Shown here: piece by piece, positions 62,195 to 64,000 of the stretch | How the letters are laid out: the number at the start of each line of letters is the position of its first letter | Position numbering within the stretch: position 1 is the first letter of the stretch | Origin: Chiloscyllium plagiosum | Lineage: Eukaryota | Reading direction: 5' to 3' | Length of the DNA: 64,000 nt | Assembly: GCF_004010195.1 (NCBI RefSeq) | Contig: NC_057726.1 | Span: forward strand, 69,479,774-69,543,773 | Translations under genes and position numbers: made by a program | The notes under the pieces: generated by a model | Seen by the model: the letters and a program-made list of their open reading frames with translations, nothing else | Databases searched by the model: none | Told to the model about the DNA's origin: nothing

Positions 62195-64000
62195 AGAGTC
62201 AAAGAGTCATAGAGATGTACAGCATGGAAACAGACCTTCGGTCCAACCAATCCATACTGACGAGATATCCCAAACCAATCTAGTCCCACCTATAAGCACC
62301 TGGCCCATATCCGTCCAAACCCTTCCTATTCATATACCCATCCAAATGCCTCTGAAATGTTGCAATTGTACCAGCCTCCATCAATTCCTCTGGCAGCTCA
62401 TTCCATACATGTACCAATCTCTGTGTGAAAAAGTTGCCCCTTAGGTCTCTTTTATATCTTTCCCCTCTCACCCTAAACCTATACCCTCTCATTCTGGACT
62501 CCCCAACCCCAGGGAAAAGGCTCTGCCTATTTACCCTATCCATGCCACTCATAATTTTGTAAACCTCTGTAAGGTCACCCCTTGGCCTCCGACGCTCCAG
62601 AGAAAACAGCCCCAGCCTGTTCAGCCTCTCTCTATAGCTCAAATCCTCCAACCCTGGCAACATCTTTTCTGAACCCATTCAAGTTTCACAACATCTTTCC
62701 GATAGGAAGGAGACCAGAATTGCACGCAATATTCCAACAGTGGCCTAACCAATGTCCTGTACAGCTGCAACATGACCTCCCAACTCCTGTACTCAATACT
62801 CTGACCAATAAAGGAAAGCATACCAAATGCCTTCTTCACTCTCCTATCTACCTGTGACTCCACTTTCAAGGAGTTATGAACCTGCACTCCAAGATCTGTT
62901 TGTTCAGCAACACTCCCTAGGACCTTACCATTAAGTGTATAATTCCTGCTAGCATTTGCTTGCCCATATGCAGCACCTCGCATTTATCTGAATTAAACTC
63001 CATCTGCCACTTCTCAGCCCTTTGACCCATCAGGTCAAGATCCTGTTGTAATCTGAGGTAACCCTCTTCGCTGTCCACGACACCTCCAATTTTGGTGTCA
63101 TCTGCAAACTTACTAACTGTACCTCTTATGCTCACATCCAAATCATTTATGTAAATGACAGAAAATGGAGGGCCCAGCACCGATCCTTATGGCACTCCAC
63201 TGGTCACAGGCCTCCAGTCTGAAAAACAACCCTCCACCACCACCCTCTGTCTTCTATCTTTGAGCCAATTCTGTATTCAAATGGCTGGTTCTGCCTTTAT
63301 TCCATGAGATCTAACCTTGCTAATCAGTCTCCCATGGGGAACCTTGTCGAACGCCTTACTGAAGTCCATATAGATCACATCTACTGCTCTGCACTCATCA
63401 ATCTTCTTTGTTACTTCTTCAAAAAACTCAATCAAGTTTGGGAGACATGATTTCCCACGCACAAAGCCATGTTGACTATCCCTAATCAATCCTTGTCTTT
63501 CTAAATACATGCTCATCCTGTCCCACAGGATTCCCTCCAACAACTTGCCCACCACTGAGGTCAGGCTCACCGGTCTATAGTTCCCTGGCTTGTCTTTACC
63601 ACCCTTCTTAAACAGTGGCACTACGTTTGCCAACCTCCAGTCTTCCGGAACCTCACCTGTGACTATCGATGATACAAATATGTCAGCAAGAGGCCCAGCA
63701 ATCACTTCTCTAGCTTCCCACAGAGATCTAGGGTACACCTGATCAGGTCCTGGGGATTTATCCACCTTTCTACATTTCAAGACATCTAGCATCCCTCCTC
63801 TGTAATCTGGACATTTCGCAATATGTCACCATCCATTTCCCTACAGTCTATATCTTCCATATCCTTTTCCACAGTAAATATTTATGCAAAATATTCATTT
63901 AGTATCTCCCCATTTTCTGTGGCTCCACACAAAGGTCACCTTGCTGATCCTTGAGGGGCCCTATTCTCTCCCTAGTTACCCTTTTGTCCTTAATGTATTT
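62195..64000 (-). mobile_element. Young CR1/HER1 ORF2 3' half, continuing beyond the window
   Basis: KSPGPD, NYRPVSLTS, MDFSKAFDK, KFADDTK; a few frameshifts. Confidence 0.95.

Overview
Repeat-rich vertebrate genomic DNA, very likely from a shark: it is dense in HE1-type V-SINEs, CR1/HER1 LINEs and Penelope-like elements (PLEs). There is a 647-N assembly gap at 22403-23049. The main content is a minus-strand tandem pair of immunoglobulin-superfamily genes with antigen-receptor-like architecture and no rearrangement signals. Gene 1 (about 56499 to 49397) looks intact by manual splicing: leader exon, one exon encoding a V domain with a germline-joined J-like G strand (YYC...NGTGSRLV), a C1-set domain exon (FYP, WYKDG, CQVTH), a transmembrane exon and a short putative terminal exon, about 271 aa with all introns phase 1 GT-AG. 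Gene 2 (about 44395 to 33249) is a diverged paralogue that looks pseudogenised, with a 46-nt frameshifting deletion in V and a GT>AT donor after C1. The block upstream of gene 2 occurs twice more (about 29700-30760, and inverted at 1-830) with no recognisable gene behind it, which suggests a larger cluster evolving by birth and death. The repeats include minimal hammerhead-ribozyme motifs in PLE-derived elements, local duplications associated with those elements, and a hAT transposase fossil. All calls come from reading the sequence by eye. No database searches were run, and repeat boundaries are approximate.
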